64,000 nt of DNA from Octopus vulgaris (taxonomy: Eukaryota), in the NCBI GenBank assembly GCA_951406725.2, contig OX597821.1, positions 85,312,001-85,376,000 on the forward strand, in the 5' to 3' direction. How positions within the stretch are numbered: the stretch's first letter is position 1; every line of letters starts with the position of its first letter. A program made the translations under genes and the position numbers. A model generated the notes under the pieces. The model had not been told where the DNA came from, did not search any database, and worked only from the letters and a program-made list of their open reading frames with translations. This document shows, piece by piece, positions 1 to 13,836 of the stretch.

Positions 1-1129
1 CCACTGGTCTAGAAGAATGTCTAGAAATAGTGCTTAATGTTTCGAGCACTCCCTCTTATTCATCTCTCCTTAGCAGTTATATATATTGAAAAAACTGTTG
101 ATGGTATTGATTGATGTCATTGACAGTGCCTTAGCTTCAGCACCAGCAGCCTGTATGATTTATTGGAATGGCCAGATAACCCTCTGTATGGACAACAGGG
201 CAGTTAAAAGCTACACTCTGTGAGGAGTACCAAACTAACTGGACATTGAAGTGTAGTTTATAGTGCCAAGAATTGGTCTATTCATGTGAAATATTAATGG
301 TTATATGAATTGGTAAAATGCAACTAATTCAATTTCCAAGAGTACATTATGTATGTATTACTATGATTCCTACATTGGCACCAGGCCACAGATTTTCTAG
401 GAAAGAGAACTGAATCAACCAAGAAACATTTAGTGCTTGTGTCCTTAATTATAGGGATAAAGTCAAGAATGAATTTAGTGCAAATTTGTATTTCTTGCAA
501 TTCAACTACAATTTATTAAAACAGTGTTCTCGTGTCCCTCTGTTTTACTGGATGCTACTTTCTCTATTTCTCACAGTAGTTTTATATTCTTGGAAGTAAT
601 TGTTACACCAGACGGTAATAACTCTGACCGGAATACAATAACTACAACTGATGACTGATATTAACGGTTCCTCTCACTTCTCCCCCTCGTTGCCGATACA
701 AAACTGAAGGACACATTGTATTGTTACCAATCAGTGACTTGTTTTTCTTTTGTCTACTGAATATTTTTTATTGTTTACAAAGTTGAATTGATCCAATAAA
801 AAGAGAAAAAAAAAGAAACCCCTTGTAAATAACAAATAGCAATGAGGTCGGACACTGAATCTGTGTGCAGTATTCATATATCAGTAACAACGAAGAAGAC
901 GATGACATTTTTACTTGTGTGTGAAGTTTCACATTTATTACAGATCTTTCTCATTGGTACTATTTGTAGAGTAGCTTTTATAATTAGGGATTAGCACTGA
1001 ATCACAAACTCTGCACAGAAGTAACTTCACCGCACATTGATACTATTATTGATGCTGCTGCTGCTGATGATGATGATCTGTAACACAAACATAAAAGGCT
1101 GTAAATCTAGAGGCAGTTAGAATTTAACT

Positions 1130-1300
1130 CTCTTTACTCTTTTACTCGTTTCAGTCATTTGACTGCGGCCATGCTGGAGCAGCACCTATGGTCGAGCAAA
1201 TCGACCCTGGGACTTATTCTTTGCTAGCCCAGTACTTATTCTATCGGTCTCTTTTGCCGTAAACACACACCAGCATCGGTTGTCAAGCAATGCTAGGGGT

Positions 1301-1358
<58 letters not shown>

Positions 1359-1530
1359 GACAGGCTTCTTTCAGTTTCCGTCTACCAAATCCACTCACAA
1401 GGCATTGGTCGGCCCGGGGCTATAGCAGAAGACACTTGCCCAAGATGCCACGCAGTGAGACTGAACCCGGAACCATGTGGTTGGTAAGCAAGCTACTTAC
1501 CACACAGCCACTTACCACACAGCCACTCCT
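1130..1530 (-). mobile_element. SINE family A (tRNA-like head, CORE-like ccttgggcaagt segment, internal (TA)n(TG)n, gagtaaa tail)
   Basis: Reverse complement of the family consensus ggagtggctgtgtggtaagtagcttgcttaccaaccacatggttccgggttcagtccc...; more than 12 copies in the window. Confidence 0.9.
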
Positions 1531-1716
1531 GGTTCTTTTTATTATTATTATTTTTTTTAATTAACTATAGGGAACATTGTTAGGATTTAAACTTTGTGAC
1601 AGTGGTTTCTAAATTGGTACAAGGCCCCACATTTTAGGAGTGTAAATACAATAATTTGAATCTTTTGTTAATGAAACAACCTGTATAACAATGATAGTAA
1701 ATACAATCTTTGCACC

Positions 1717-1952
1717 CCCATTTCTTTATTACCCACAAGGGGCTAAACATAGAGGGGACAAACAAGGACAGACAAACGGATTAAGTCGATTACATCGACC
1801 CCAGTGCGTAACTGGTAATTATTTAATCGACCCCGAAATGATGAAAGGCAAAGTCGACCTCGGCGGAATTTGAACTCACAACGTAACACAGACGAAATAC
1901 CGCTAAGCATTTCGCCCGGCGTCCTAACGTTTCTGCCAGCTCGCCGCCTTTT
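1717..1952 (-). mobile_element. SINE family B (ggcggcgagctggcagaa head; gcctttcatcctttcggggtcgataaa central domain, Meta/MESC-like)
   Basis: Matches other copies. Flanked by the 12-bp TSD aatctttgcacc at 1705-1716 and 1953-1964. Confidence 0.9.
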
Positions 1953-3576
1953 AATCTTTGCACCATCTTGTCAGAATTGGAACCTGCTTCTGGGTTTTGT
2001 AGACTAATATATTTTATTACATTGCTGGGCCATGTTTAGATGTGTGATGTGACTGATGACAGTTGTGTAAACATATGTTTATTACTATGACTGAACTGTG
2101 GCCTGATAAATGTGGATATTACAAAGACATTTTTAGTATGAAGACTGATATCTTGTCAACATTACAGATTGTGGTACTGGATGTGTTGAGGCCCAGTCTT
2201 TATATTTGTAAGATTTATTACAGGACAAAAAACAAGTTGTGGTATTTCTTAATGTGCTGTCTTCCCAAATATCCTTCCTCACAATATGTCTTTGTAATAC
2301 CGTCTGTCTGTAGGAGTTGAAATATTTTCTGGATAAACAACTATCTCTGTAATAAAGTCTAGAGAACATTAATCTTTGAAATCCATCCTCATACACTTTG
2401 ACAAAAATCTCTTATCAATAACTTTTTCAAACCCTAGCTAACTATTTAGTTTACAGATCCCGTTTCAATTTACTATTGTGCTAAGAATGTGAAGAATTTA
2501 TGTTCCTGCCCTACATAAAACTGTTTCAAAAGTCCAAAATGAAGCTAGTATTTAATTCTGTCTCTTCTCTGCTGCTATATCTTGTGTAAGAATAATGCTG
2601 TGATTTTCTTTCTTTCTTTTTTTCCGCTGTCATCCTCTTTCAGTAGCTGTGTACAATATTAGTACATACAACTTATTTAGCACCAACCCAAAACTTTTGT
2701 AACATTTCTCATTAGTTCACATTGATAATATCTTAAACCAAGAATAATATTTCTAGAATTTGTTTGAGTGGGGAGTAAGAAACATTATCAAACATAATTA
2801 TAATGATGTGTTAGCCATGACACACTTGCTATTATGTCGCATGTATGTGAGGATGTGTGCATGCATGTGCATTATAGTATTTAAGATGTTTCTGAAATAG
2901 TGAATGAATTGTAGAAAATAATGATAGTGCTGGGCTAGAAACATAATGTCATACATTTCTTAGTTGTAAGCAGGGTTTCTATTAAATAAGATGAAAATCT
3001 GGGATGAAATTAAAATTCAAGTGAAAATTTTGAATCTGAAATAATTTGGAGCCGGAAATTTGAAGAAGACTATAAACTATTATTAGTGATGATTGTATTT
3101 AAGGTTTCTGGATAAGCTCATGAAAAGAACTCTTAGAGAATGTCCTAAGCTGAGAGACAGGTTCTGAGAGGATGGTCATATATGGTTAAGGAGCAAAAAA
3201 ATAAAAATAAAATGTAGTGATGTCAGGAGAATAAAAGATGTCTACAAAGAAGAATATGAGTGAGTGTGGTATGTTATATGGCGATATGAAGACCTGAATG
3301 TATCATATCTAAAGAGAGAAGAAAGATCATTGAAAACTGCTTTGTTAAAGGGTAAGAGAAATATTTTCAGTTTGGGTAAATGTAATATTTGAAAATGCAG
3401 AGACCAGAGTGACTGGCAAGGGAGGGAATGGTGAGTACATGAAGGGTAGTCTTTGCAAAGAGAACACCAAAAGAACATGGAATTTAGGTTTATGTAGGGT
3501 GATATTTAAAACTTTGCAAAGCAATTTAACAGTAAATGTAAAAAGCTATGGATGGCTAAACAATATATAAATGAGA

Positions 3577-3613
<37 letters not shown>

Positions 3614-3617
<4 letters not shown>

Positions 3618-4008
3618 AGGAGTGGCTGTGTGGTAAGTAGCTTGGTTACCAGCCACATGGTTCCGGGTTCAGTCCCACTGCGTGGCACCTTGGGCAAGTG
3701 TCTTCTACTATAGCCTTGGGCCGACCAAAGCCTTGTGAGTGGATTTGGTAGATGGAAACTGAAAGAAGCCCGTCGTATATATGTATATATATATGCGTGT
3801 GTGTCTGTATTTGTGTTTGTATGTCCCCCTAGCATTGCTTGACAACCGATGCTGGTGTGTTTATGTCCCCGTTACTTAGAGGTTCGGCAAAAAAGACCGA
3901 TAAAATAAGTACTGGGCTTACAAAAGAATAAGTCCCGAGGTCGAGTTGCTCGATTAAAGGCGGTGCTCCAGCATGGCCGCAGTCAAATGACTGAAACAAG
4001 TAAAAAGA

Positions 4009-4010
<2 letters not shown>
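3614..4010 (+). mobile_element. SINE family A, full length
   Basis: Head gcgcaggagtggctgtgtgg through tail gactgaaacaagtaaaa; preceded by (TA)n. Confidence 0.9.
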
Positions 4011-4052
<42 letters not shown>

Positions 4053-4108
4053 CTGGGAAAATTCCATCATTGAAACAGAAGTTAAGGGAATTGGAAATAT
4101 TTATGTAC

Positions 4109-4148
<40 letters not shown>

Positions 4149-4701
4149 AAGCAAGCAAGCAAGAGTAGTCTAACATTTCAGTGTTATATACTTTCTGGAA
4201 ATGATTATATAAATAAATAAATATATAACAGTATAAACACAGAAGTTGTGAGGGTTTGACTTCTTTTACTTTGATATATTTATAATGATGTTTTTCTTTT
4301 TTAGAAGCAGAAGGCTAGTTTTATAAAGCAATGTATTTATGTAGGCATTTGAATTAACATTTGTTCAGTAGTGATACGGAAGGTGGTGAGCTGATGGAAT
4401 TGTTACTGCAACGGACAAAATGCTTAGCAGCATTTCTCCTGACTTTACATTCTGACTTCAAATTCCGCCAGGGTCAGTTTTGCCTTTCGTCTTTTCAGGA
4501 TCAATAAAATAAGTACCAGTTGAGCACCTGTTCCCACGAAATTACTGGCCTTGTGCAAAAATTAGAAACCAATAATAATAATATATATTTTGTTGTTGTT
4601 TCCTTCCTATGATAATTGAATTCAGAAATGTGGGTCTCAAATGTTGAATGTGAAGATGTCTACCATTTGCAGGGTTTTTCCTTCAGTAATAACACCATTA
4701 A

Positions 4702-4904
4702 CCTTTTGGCATTTAAACCAGCCATATCCAACCAAAATATTCTACCCATTTTATGTTTAAACCAGCCTCTCACAGCTATCCTACAATGTCATTTTACAAA
4801 TAATCCCACCACTGGAATCTTGATTGTGTGAGATAATGCATGATGAATTCAAAACAATCTTAATAAATAGCACTACATTCGACAGCAATTTGCATGCTAA
4901 AGGG
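4702..4904. mobile_element. piggyBac-like MITE (family 2)
   Basis: TTAA|ccttttggcatt...atgctaaaggg|TTAA; related copies near 32828-33032 and at 35899-36136. Confidence 0.7.
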
Positions 4905-5759
4905 TTAATGTTTAAATGCTGTTTTCTTACAATGGTGGAAAATGAAATGTCTTCAAATGTTTAAATAATACAACTAAATCAAAGGGTAGGAAAAAAGTGG
5001 TTTTTAAAATATTTTTAACTGTTTGTTCAGGGGAGGGAAAGTTGTATCCATGACCTTTACAGGATTTCAGTGATTTTTTTGAGAGAAAGGAAGACTATTT
5101 TGATGTCCTTGTATTGGAAACCAGATCCAAATGTTTTTGCAACAGGATGGATACTGATAAAAGTGATGGTGATGGTATAAATTAAGTGTACCAGTCTAAA
5201 ACAAGGTCTGTATCTGATGGACTTTCAAATGCTGTCTTCTCAGTTTTACTCACAAGGCCTGGGTTAACTTGAGTCTATTATGATACAATACACTTGCTCA
5301 AAATGCTGTGCAATGGGATTGAATCTACAACCATATGACTGTTAAGTAAACTTCTTTATTGTGAAGTCGACTTCTCGATACATAATTTTCTTTTTTATCG
5401 CTACAGTTGATAAATGGGGAAAATATATAAATTGGGTATTTGACATTTACTAAAGTCTTTTACAGTTGAAATTTCTCGAAAGTAATATTAGCTGACTTTG
5501 GTAAAGAACTATTTTAAGTGTACTTAGCTTGTTGTTTCAGTATCTACATGATATGGGAGTTAATGATATATATGGCATACAAACTGTTTGAAATTGAATA
5601 CAATTCTTATATGTAAAAAGGTGTTTTTTGTTAAACCATAGAAAATATCAGGCTCTTTTACAATAAAGAAAATATTTCTATTTGTTGGTTACGTTTATCA
5701 TATCAGCTGGATAGATTCCATTCACTTAATTTAAAAGCTTAAAATTTTGCTGTAGTATA

Positions 5760-6147
5760 GGCGTAGGAGTGGCTGTGTGGTAAGTAGCTTGCTTACCAAC
5801 CACATGGTTCCAGGTTCAATCCCACTGCGTGGCACCTTGGGCAAGTGTCTTCTACTATAGCCTTGGGCCGACCAAAGCCTTGAGTTGATTTGGTTGACAG
5901 AAACTGAAAGAAGCCTGTCGTATATATGTACACTTGTGTATATATTTGTGTGTCTGCTTTCGTCCTCCCAACATCGCTTGACAACCAATGCTGGTGTGTT
6001 TACGTCCCCGTAACTTAGCAGTTCGGCAAAAGAGACCGATAGAATAAGTGCTAGGCTTACAAAGAATAAGTCCTGGGGTTGATTTGTTCGACTAAAGGCA
6101 GTGCTCCAGCATGGCCACAGTCAAATGACTGAAACAAGTAAAAGAAT
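5760..6147 (+). mobile_element. SINE family A, full length
   Basis: Same consensus as 3614-4010. Confidence 0.9.
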
Positions 6148-6662
6148 ATAATATATATATAAATATCATCATGTTGTCTAAATTTTTGTAGTTCCTTATT
6201 TTTAACTGTAATTTTATAAGTATTTCAAATATCAAATTTTGGGGGGGTCAGTCTTTTATAAAGTATGTTAAAGATGAAATGATTAAAACATTAAAATTTT
6301 GCATTCATATTTTGAAAAGTTTTGACATTTTATTTTCAACTTGATAATTTCATTTTTTTACCGTTTTTTTTTTTTTTTTCAACTTGATAATTTCATTTTA
6401 CATCATTGTTTGATAAACCTTTATGTCAATATATATTTTCTCTGTCATTTTCTTTTTATACAAAATGATAAAAAGTATTGTTATATCTGACCTCACCCAA
6501 AACTAAATAACTAGTTGAAATAATAATTATTGCAGTAATCCATACTTAAACATATTTTTACTTCTATATTTTTTACAATGTATTAAATTCATATTCTTAG
6601 ACCACCTGTCTCTTATCATTTCTGATTTTGTTTTCATATTATTATTATTATTATTATTTCAG

Positions 6663-7099
6663 GTGAGAAACAACGCATTGATCGTGGTTATGACTTTGCT
6701 GGAGTTCTGGAATGGTTTGCCGAAAGAGTTGATCGTATTATACTGCTGTTTGATGCTCACAAGTTAGATATATCTGACGAATTCCGGCGTGCAATAGAGG
6801 CCATCAAAGGTTATGATGACAAAATACGTATTGTACTCAACAAAGCCGATATGGTTGACCACCAGCAGCTGATGCGGGTATACGGTGCCCTTATGTGGTC
6901 TTTGGGGAAGGTCCTGAATACTCCTGAGGTTGCACGGGTTTTCATTGGCTCATTTTGGGACCAACCTCTTCAATTTGATATGAATAGAAAACTTTTTGAA
7001 TTAGAAGAAAAGGATTTGTTTCGGGATCTACAAAGCCTTCCTCGCAATGCAGCGCTGAGGAAGTTGAATGACTTGATTAAAAGAGCTAGACTTGCTAAG
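6663..7099 (+). CDS. EHD1: EH domain-containing protein (EHD1/Past1/RME-1 family), internal coding exon covering the C-terminal half of the dynamin-like G domain
   Basis: T-rich tract plus AG acceptor at 6661-6662; GTAAGA donor at 7100. The frame reads (G)EKQRIDRGYDFAGVLEWFAERVDRIILLFDAHKLDISDEFRRAIEAIKGYDDKIRIVLNKADMVDHQQLMRVYGALMWSLGKVLNTPEV...LNDLIKRARLAK, a near-invariant EHD sequence including the NKAD G4-like motif. 437 nt (2 nt plus 145 codons). Upstream exons were not found in this window. Confidence 0.96.
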
Positions 7100-8169
7100 G
7101 TAAGATCTATTTAAATAACAATTCTCTAAAGAAATCCAATCTTTAGAGATCTTTGTATTGTTTGCAAATTACCCTAAGTATTATGGTATATCGTTTCCAT
7201 CCTTAGTAATGTTTGACTCCGTCATCCCTGACTAAACAGAACTATGTTCCAGTGATGTGCTAGCTATGACTAACTTGTCTATTTTGCAGCCACAGTATAT
7301 CTAGAACTGTATTATCTAATATGTATGAGAGGGTGTTGAAAGGTTCTTGGTTTTAAGAGTACCATGAAAGGCCTGCTTGGAGGCCCAACTTTCTGAGTTC
7401 TTTTACTGAGCTTAAAAAAAAAACTGAAGGACCACTGCAATAAGTGTGTGAATCTGAGAGGGGAATACATTGAATAAAATCATAATTAACTGGTCCTCTT
7501 GTATTTTCTTTTACCCAAAGCCAAGAACTTTCCAATACCCACTCATACATGCTGTTTTTCAGTTGGTAGTTTGTAATTTGAGGGTGAATTGGTTGATATT
7601 TCTAGTAAGATGCATTATCACATGTATAGTCCCTCATTAACTTTTCCTTAGTAACATCATTGTGCTACTATAGTCCAGTCCTGATCAAGCAGACCTATGA
7701 CATGCAGGTAACTAGCAAACTGACTTGATGTGACATCCATTTGTAAAAAGATTTGATGACTAATTCTGATAGGTCACATGATTACGTAGAGATTCTCTCA
7801 TTGGCTCATATTTAGTAATATTTAATTCACTATCAAAACCTAGGATTGAAATGCATATCTTTGATCTTGCATTTTTAAAGTTTATTGATTAATTAGATTG
7901 CAATAATAATCTTAATTCTGTGATTTCTTTTGAATTTACAGAATGTGTTAAATTTGTAAATGATATTTTCAGTTGTCTCTAAATATTTGACAGTTTTGAG
8001 TGATATTTACTGGGAAATCTGTTAAATAAACAATGTATCTTTAGGACCGCAATAGTGAAATAAGACACCATTCTCTACTCACTAGCTATACTTCAGAGTG
8101 AGAAGCCCCACCACACTTTTTGTCAAGACAAGTATTTTAGTATTAGGCTTGTGTTCTTTGCTATCTTTT

Positions 8170-8760
8170 ATCTTTTACTTGTTTCATGGTGGGGCACTAT
8201 CTTGCAGAGTTTAGTTAAACAAACCAACCACAGTATTCTTTTTCTTTTTTCAATATAGTACTTATTCTATTGGTCTCTTTTGCTGAACCACTAAGTTGTG
8301 GGGATATAAACAAACCAACAGTGGTTGTGAAATAGCAAGAGAGACAAACACACAGACACATTTACACGCACGCACATTTATTCTTTTCTACTCTAGGCAC
8401 AATGCTCGAAATTTTGGGGGAGGGAGCCTGTTGAGTAGATTGACCTCAGTACACAACTGGTACTTAATTTATTGACCCCTCAATCGGATGAAAGACAAAG
8501 TTGACCTTGGCGGAATTTGAACTCAGAACATAAAGACAGATGAAATACCACTAAGTATTTCACCTGGTGTGCTAACATTTCTGTCAGCTCACCACCTTTT
8601 TACACACACACACACACACACACACTTAAGACAGACTACTGCATACACTCACGAGGCATTGGTTGGGCTGGAGCTATAGTAGAAGACACTTGCCCAAAGT
8701 GCCCTACAGTGGGACTGAACTCAAAACCATATGCTTTCAAATGAGCTTCTTAACCACACA
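8170..8760 (-). mobile_element. Diverged SINE family A with a nested family B copy (~8380-8598)
   Basis: The A-family sequence is interrupted at its internal CA microsatellite by a B-family copy. Confidence 0.75.
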
Positions 8761-9144
8761 GTCTTTTTAAAACTCCCACTAACATCAGGTACGGGCAGAC
8801 ATCTTATAATCTTCCAGGTGTTTATATATTCAATTTGATTGGATAATAAAAAGATTAACATTATTAAATATTTCTGACATTTCATACATCAATAGAATTA
8901 CATCGATGCCTTCATCTGTACTGATTGTTTTATTATATATCTAGTCAGCAGTTGTCTATGTGTTCGTGTGTGCGTATATCCGTGTAAATATATTTCTATT
9001 TATTTTACTGGCTTCCATCACTGGTCAGCAGCCAATGTCAAGTGTTTTAGCCAGTCATATCAATCTCTGGGCTTATTTTGGTCTCCTACTTGTTTTACTG
9101 ATTTGAATTTGTTGAATCACTAGTTTACAGACTGCAGAGCAGTA

Positions 9145-9340
9145 CATCATCATCATCATCATTTAATGTTCTCTTTCTGTGCTGGCATGGATGGCTTGGA
9201 CAGTTTGACATGGAGCTGGCTACCAGGGAGCTGTCCACACTCCAACTGTCTGTTGTGGCATGGTTTCTACAGCTGGATGCCCTTCCTGATGCCAACCATG
9301 TAGCAGAGTGTGCTGGGTGCTTTTTACATGCCACCAGCAC
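9145..9340 (-). mobile_element. RTE-type 3' tail fragment with (GAT)n end
   Basis: (cat)n followed by the reverse complement of ggcatcaggaagggcatccagctgtagaaac. Similar fragments near 14385-14570, 33600-33840, 45570-45710, 49520-49690 and 63480-63710. Confidence 0.7.
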
Positions 9341-10256
9341 GGGTGTGTTTACATTATTTTTTTATACCTGTGTAAAACCTAGACACACAAACAAGCATGC
9401 ACACAAACTCACACATACGGTAGCCTTTCTAAACAGTTCCTGTCTCCCAAATTTTACATCGTTTTGGTCAAGCTACAACTAATTGTGGTCAAGCTACAAT
9501 CATCCAAGTTAGCATTTAGTAAGATTGAACCTGGAACTACATCATTGCAAAGCAAACTTCTTTGTCACTCACCATACCCTGTGTGTGTATAGATATGTAC
9601 ACAGTATGCACAATGTGCATGTATATCTTAAAAACATTGTGTATACACACACACGCACACACAAAAGTCTGTCTTGTACCTGCAAGCCCATTAGGCTGTA
9701 TCCTATTCCAGTTTCCATAGTGTTTGAGGGACTGTGAGTACATAACCACTCCCGTGACCAGGGCACAAGACCATCATGGAGTTTACTCTGCAGCTGTTAC
9801 TGGTACTCATTTTCAACTGAGTGAAATTGAAGCAAAGTGTAAATGAAGTGCTTTGTTCAAAGTCCCATTGCCCCACCCACTTCTGGAATTGAACTCCTTA
9901 CTTTATGATCATGACCTAAACACTTTAACCACTTGACCTTATACCTTCACTGTGTTTGTGTGGAATGGTGTTACACTGATTTCTGAAAATATACTATCGG
10001 AAAGATATCATCAAAATTACGACTGTTAAGAATTTGTTTAAAAAACTGTGTACTGTTAAGGCTTATTATGAAGAATTATGTTTTGGAGCTCTATTTCGTC
10101 ACCTAATCTAGACATGATAGTTTTGCAGAATTTGTCACATGTCTGAGAATGTGCTAGATTTGCTACATGTGGTAACTACTCTACTTCTCACCATGTAACA
10201 CAGTTGGAGTGGGTGTAACCAAAACATAGTTAGTAGCAGATTGTGTGTGTGTATAC

Positions 10257-10305
<49 letters not shown>

Positions 10306-11811
10306 ATGTGTGTGTGTGTGTGTTGCCTGCCTCTTAGTTGTTGCTAGCAATTCATTTAATCTCCTCCCACACTTTCAGCAACGTTTTTTCTATTAAGTTG
10401 GATTTTTTAAAAAGAGTTTTGTTTCCCCACCCCAACCCCTATTTCCTCTCTCTCAGTAACTAGACATTCCACCAAACTTTTCAGCTAAAATAATTCTGTA
10501 CACTAATTCTTTACTATCATTTCATTTATTTTTTTTTTCATCCTTTTTTAAGGCTGTTTTTACAGTGTTTATTTTCGTATTCCTCACCAGTAAACCATTC
10601 CCCATGACCATCACTATTTGCCGGTTTTTATTTTGCTGTATAAAAGCACTTTCCCACCAATGGTGTAGTCTTCTTTTTTATTATTATTATTATTATTATT
10701 ATCATCATCTCTTGTTTTGATTTACTTTTACCTCACTGTCAGAAAATGTCTCTCATTTCCTTTGCCGGTGCCATGCATGAGAACTGTCACTTGTCTAAAC
10801 ATATGTCTGTTTCTTAACACTACATTTGGTACAGTCTGTGTCACAGTTATTACTGATGTTGGGGGTGGTATACGGTACCAGTTAAGGCTAAACTAATGGC
10901 AATTTTTTTTTCTGCAAATTCTTGAACCAGTCACACCTTGTTTGGACTCGATATTAAATCCTAGACGTTTATTATCATTTTGCTTGAAAGAGCTCTGAAA
11001 ATTTCTGGTTGTTTAAATTCCACTTTGTTTCTTAGTGTCTCTTCCAAATATGTTCTCATTGAAAGCTATTTCATTAAATTCTTTTACTAATAGCTAGCTG
11101 TATGCTTGAAGATGCTTATCCTTTAAGTTTTGATAAACAGATCACAACTATTAATCTCTGATCATGCCCATCTTGTAGGAGAAACCCTCAGTAGCAGCCA
11201 ATTGTAGTCAACTCTGAACGTCTCAGCATGTGCCACAAAATCTCCAGCACAAAATAAATCAGCTTTCTGTTTTTTAATGGTCAGCTTTGTCAGATCTCTC
11301 TAACAGTCATACTATAATTATGATGTCTATTAACACATAGCTTTTAAAAGGTTTATTTCATAGTAATTGTTTGTTTAATATATTAATTTTATTTTCTTCT
11401 TAGAAATCTGTGTTGATTCTTTAACTTATCAAGAGGTGTTAACAAATTAAGACAGATTGCTATGTTGATGAGGTAGACTAATTGCTAGATTGTATAATAC
11501 AGTAATGGAAAATTTAATTAAAAAAAATACTTGTACATTAATCAAGGTGGGGCTATTAATTCTTTTACTAATCTTTGTGTATTTACACAATACTCATGTT
11601 GAAATGTGTCCTGCTTTTGTCTCATTTAATTTTGAAATTACTGACAAATTTAGTAAAATAACTTTGTTGATGTTAAGCTAGGGTTTGAAACAGAAAGTAA
11701 ATTGTGACGGATGGTTTTAATTTAGATAACTTTAAAATGGGAAGCTTGTATCATAGAACTTAGAGTGGTGTCAGGTGGGTTCGTATCAAAAGGGTCAGTG
11801 AGTTGGTATGC

Positions 11812-12037
11812 AAGATGGCAGAATCGTTAGCACGCCGGGCAAAATGCTTAGTGGTATTTCGTCTGCCGTTACGTTGTGAGTTCAAATTCCGCCGAGGTCG
11901 ACTTTGCCTTTCATCCTTTCGGGGTTGATAAATTAAGTACCAGTTATGCACTGGGGTCGATATAATCGACTTAATACCTATGTCTGTCCTTGTTTGTCTC
12001 CTCTATGTTTAGCCCCTTGTGGGTAATAAAGAAATAG
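11812..12037 (+). mobile_element. SINE family B
   Basis: tggcagaatcgttagcacgccgggc...gttcaaattccgccgagg...gccccttgtgggtaataaagaaat. Confidence 0.9.
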
Positions 12038-13424
12038 GTATCAAAATAACATAGATTATTCTTAACAAGATTATCCTGCTTACTCTTAGCAAGATTAAAG
12101 GGAAATAACATTCTTAGTCCAGTTCAGAGTATGTGTAGTGATTAATCTTAAGTTGACTAAGAACTCAAACCTGTAGCATTTTTGTATCCCCATTTTTTTA
12201 ATATAAATTTATATTTTCTATATTTAATATAAAATACAGTGTACATTTAAACACATTCAGCGGTATCCATCATAGGACTCCCTTACGCTAGAAGGAACAA
12301 CTAAAGTCCAAACCACTAATTAGGGATAAATTCTCAAAGGGAATGAAAAATAAAATCATTTACCATCTATTTCCTGAACCATACACTAGGCCACTGGTAG
12401 TAAAAATTTCTAAAACCTTTATTACCCTGATATTATTAAATTTTCTATATTTATGTAGTTCTTATTCTTAATAGTTTTTTTTTTTATGAATTAACAGAAA
12501 CGAAAATATCAGGGTAGCAAGCACTTTGATTCACTGTTCAGCGTTCTCTTGTATATTTCAAGGAACACTTTCCTATGATGTATCTGTAGCATCTGTTTAT
12601 AATAGGGTTAAATGTGTCGTGGGTATTTAGCTTCAGTAAAAGGTTTAAGGTCTATGTTATTTTTAGACATCACTAAAACAAGGGAATGTTAGCCTCTTTT
12701 ATGTATACATAGCTATGAGTGCATGTCCATAGACTAACACTACCTTATATATTTATGGGGGTGGATATGGCTCACTATTGTTCCATTACGACCATTATTC
12801 AACTTTGTGCCTGCTAGTAGCTTTCAGATGTCATTTCAAAGCCATACACACAGCAATGCACACACAGAAGCTCTTGTATGTGATTCGAGAACTCCCTCAT
12901 GTGTGTGTGTGTGTGTAATGTATATAAATATTTGTAAGGTTATGTTAATTACATTTTGCCGTCACTGTTACCATGTGTTGAACAAATGATAAATCTTTAT
13001 GTGCCTATTATCATAATCACTGACATAATGAGCTAACGACAATTGAGTAGATAAGCATCACTGTTTGGTCCGGGCAGAGTGGGGTGCACACGTACATCTA
13101 TGAACTATTTGTACATGTTCTCTAATTATTTCATACTTTAACGAGTGAAAACAGTTATCACACCAGAAGGGGACAATTTGACTGACTAATTTCTTACATC
13201 TCTGCTGCTCTTGGTATCTTTAATAGCTTCAACGTCTTAATATCCTGTTACTTATTTAAGTAGAGCATCTATTTGTCAACTCTAACTCCATCTACTTATA
13301 GACATTTACTCATTTAGTTTCAGTCTACAGTATTACAGCCATATTTAATCTGACTGATTTCATTTTCCTTCAATTAAGTCAACTTGTACTTTTATATTGA
13401 ATAATTTCTTAAAAGCAACTGTAT

Positions 13425-13836
13425 TACTCTTTTACTTGTTTCAGTCATTTGACTGCGGCCATGCTGGAGCACCGCCTTTAGTCGAGCAAATCGACCCCGG
13501 GACTTATTCTTTGTAAGCCCAGTACTTATTCTATCGGTCTCTTTTTGCCAAACCGCTAAGTGACGGGGACGTAAACACACCAGCATCGGTTGTCAAGCAA
13601 TGCTAGGGGAACAAACACAGACACACAAACATACACACACACACACATACATATATATATATACATATATACGACGGGCTTCTTTCAGTTTCCGTCTACC
13701 AAATCCACTCACAAGGCTTTGGTCGGCCCGAGGCTATAGCAGAAGACACTTGCCCAAGGTGCCATGCAGTGGGACTGAACCCGGAACCATGTGGTTGGTA
13801 AGCAAGCTACTTACCACACAGCCACTCCTGCACCTA
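13425..13836 (-). mobile_element. SINE family A, full length and close to consensus
   Basis: Near-consensus reverse-complement copy. Confidence 0.9.

Noticed and set aside
2050-2082. Hammerhead-like ctgatga...taaacatatgtt, and a similar string at ~10775-10808
   Set aside because: The GAAA core is absent (taaa), and stems I and II are not convincingly paired; at most decayed relics.
7123-7149. 10-bp hairpin tctctaaaga / tctttagaga just after the splice donor
   Set aside because: Short and AT-rich; not distinguishable from chance without conservation data.
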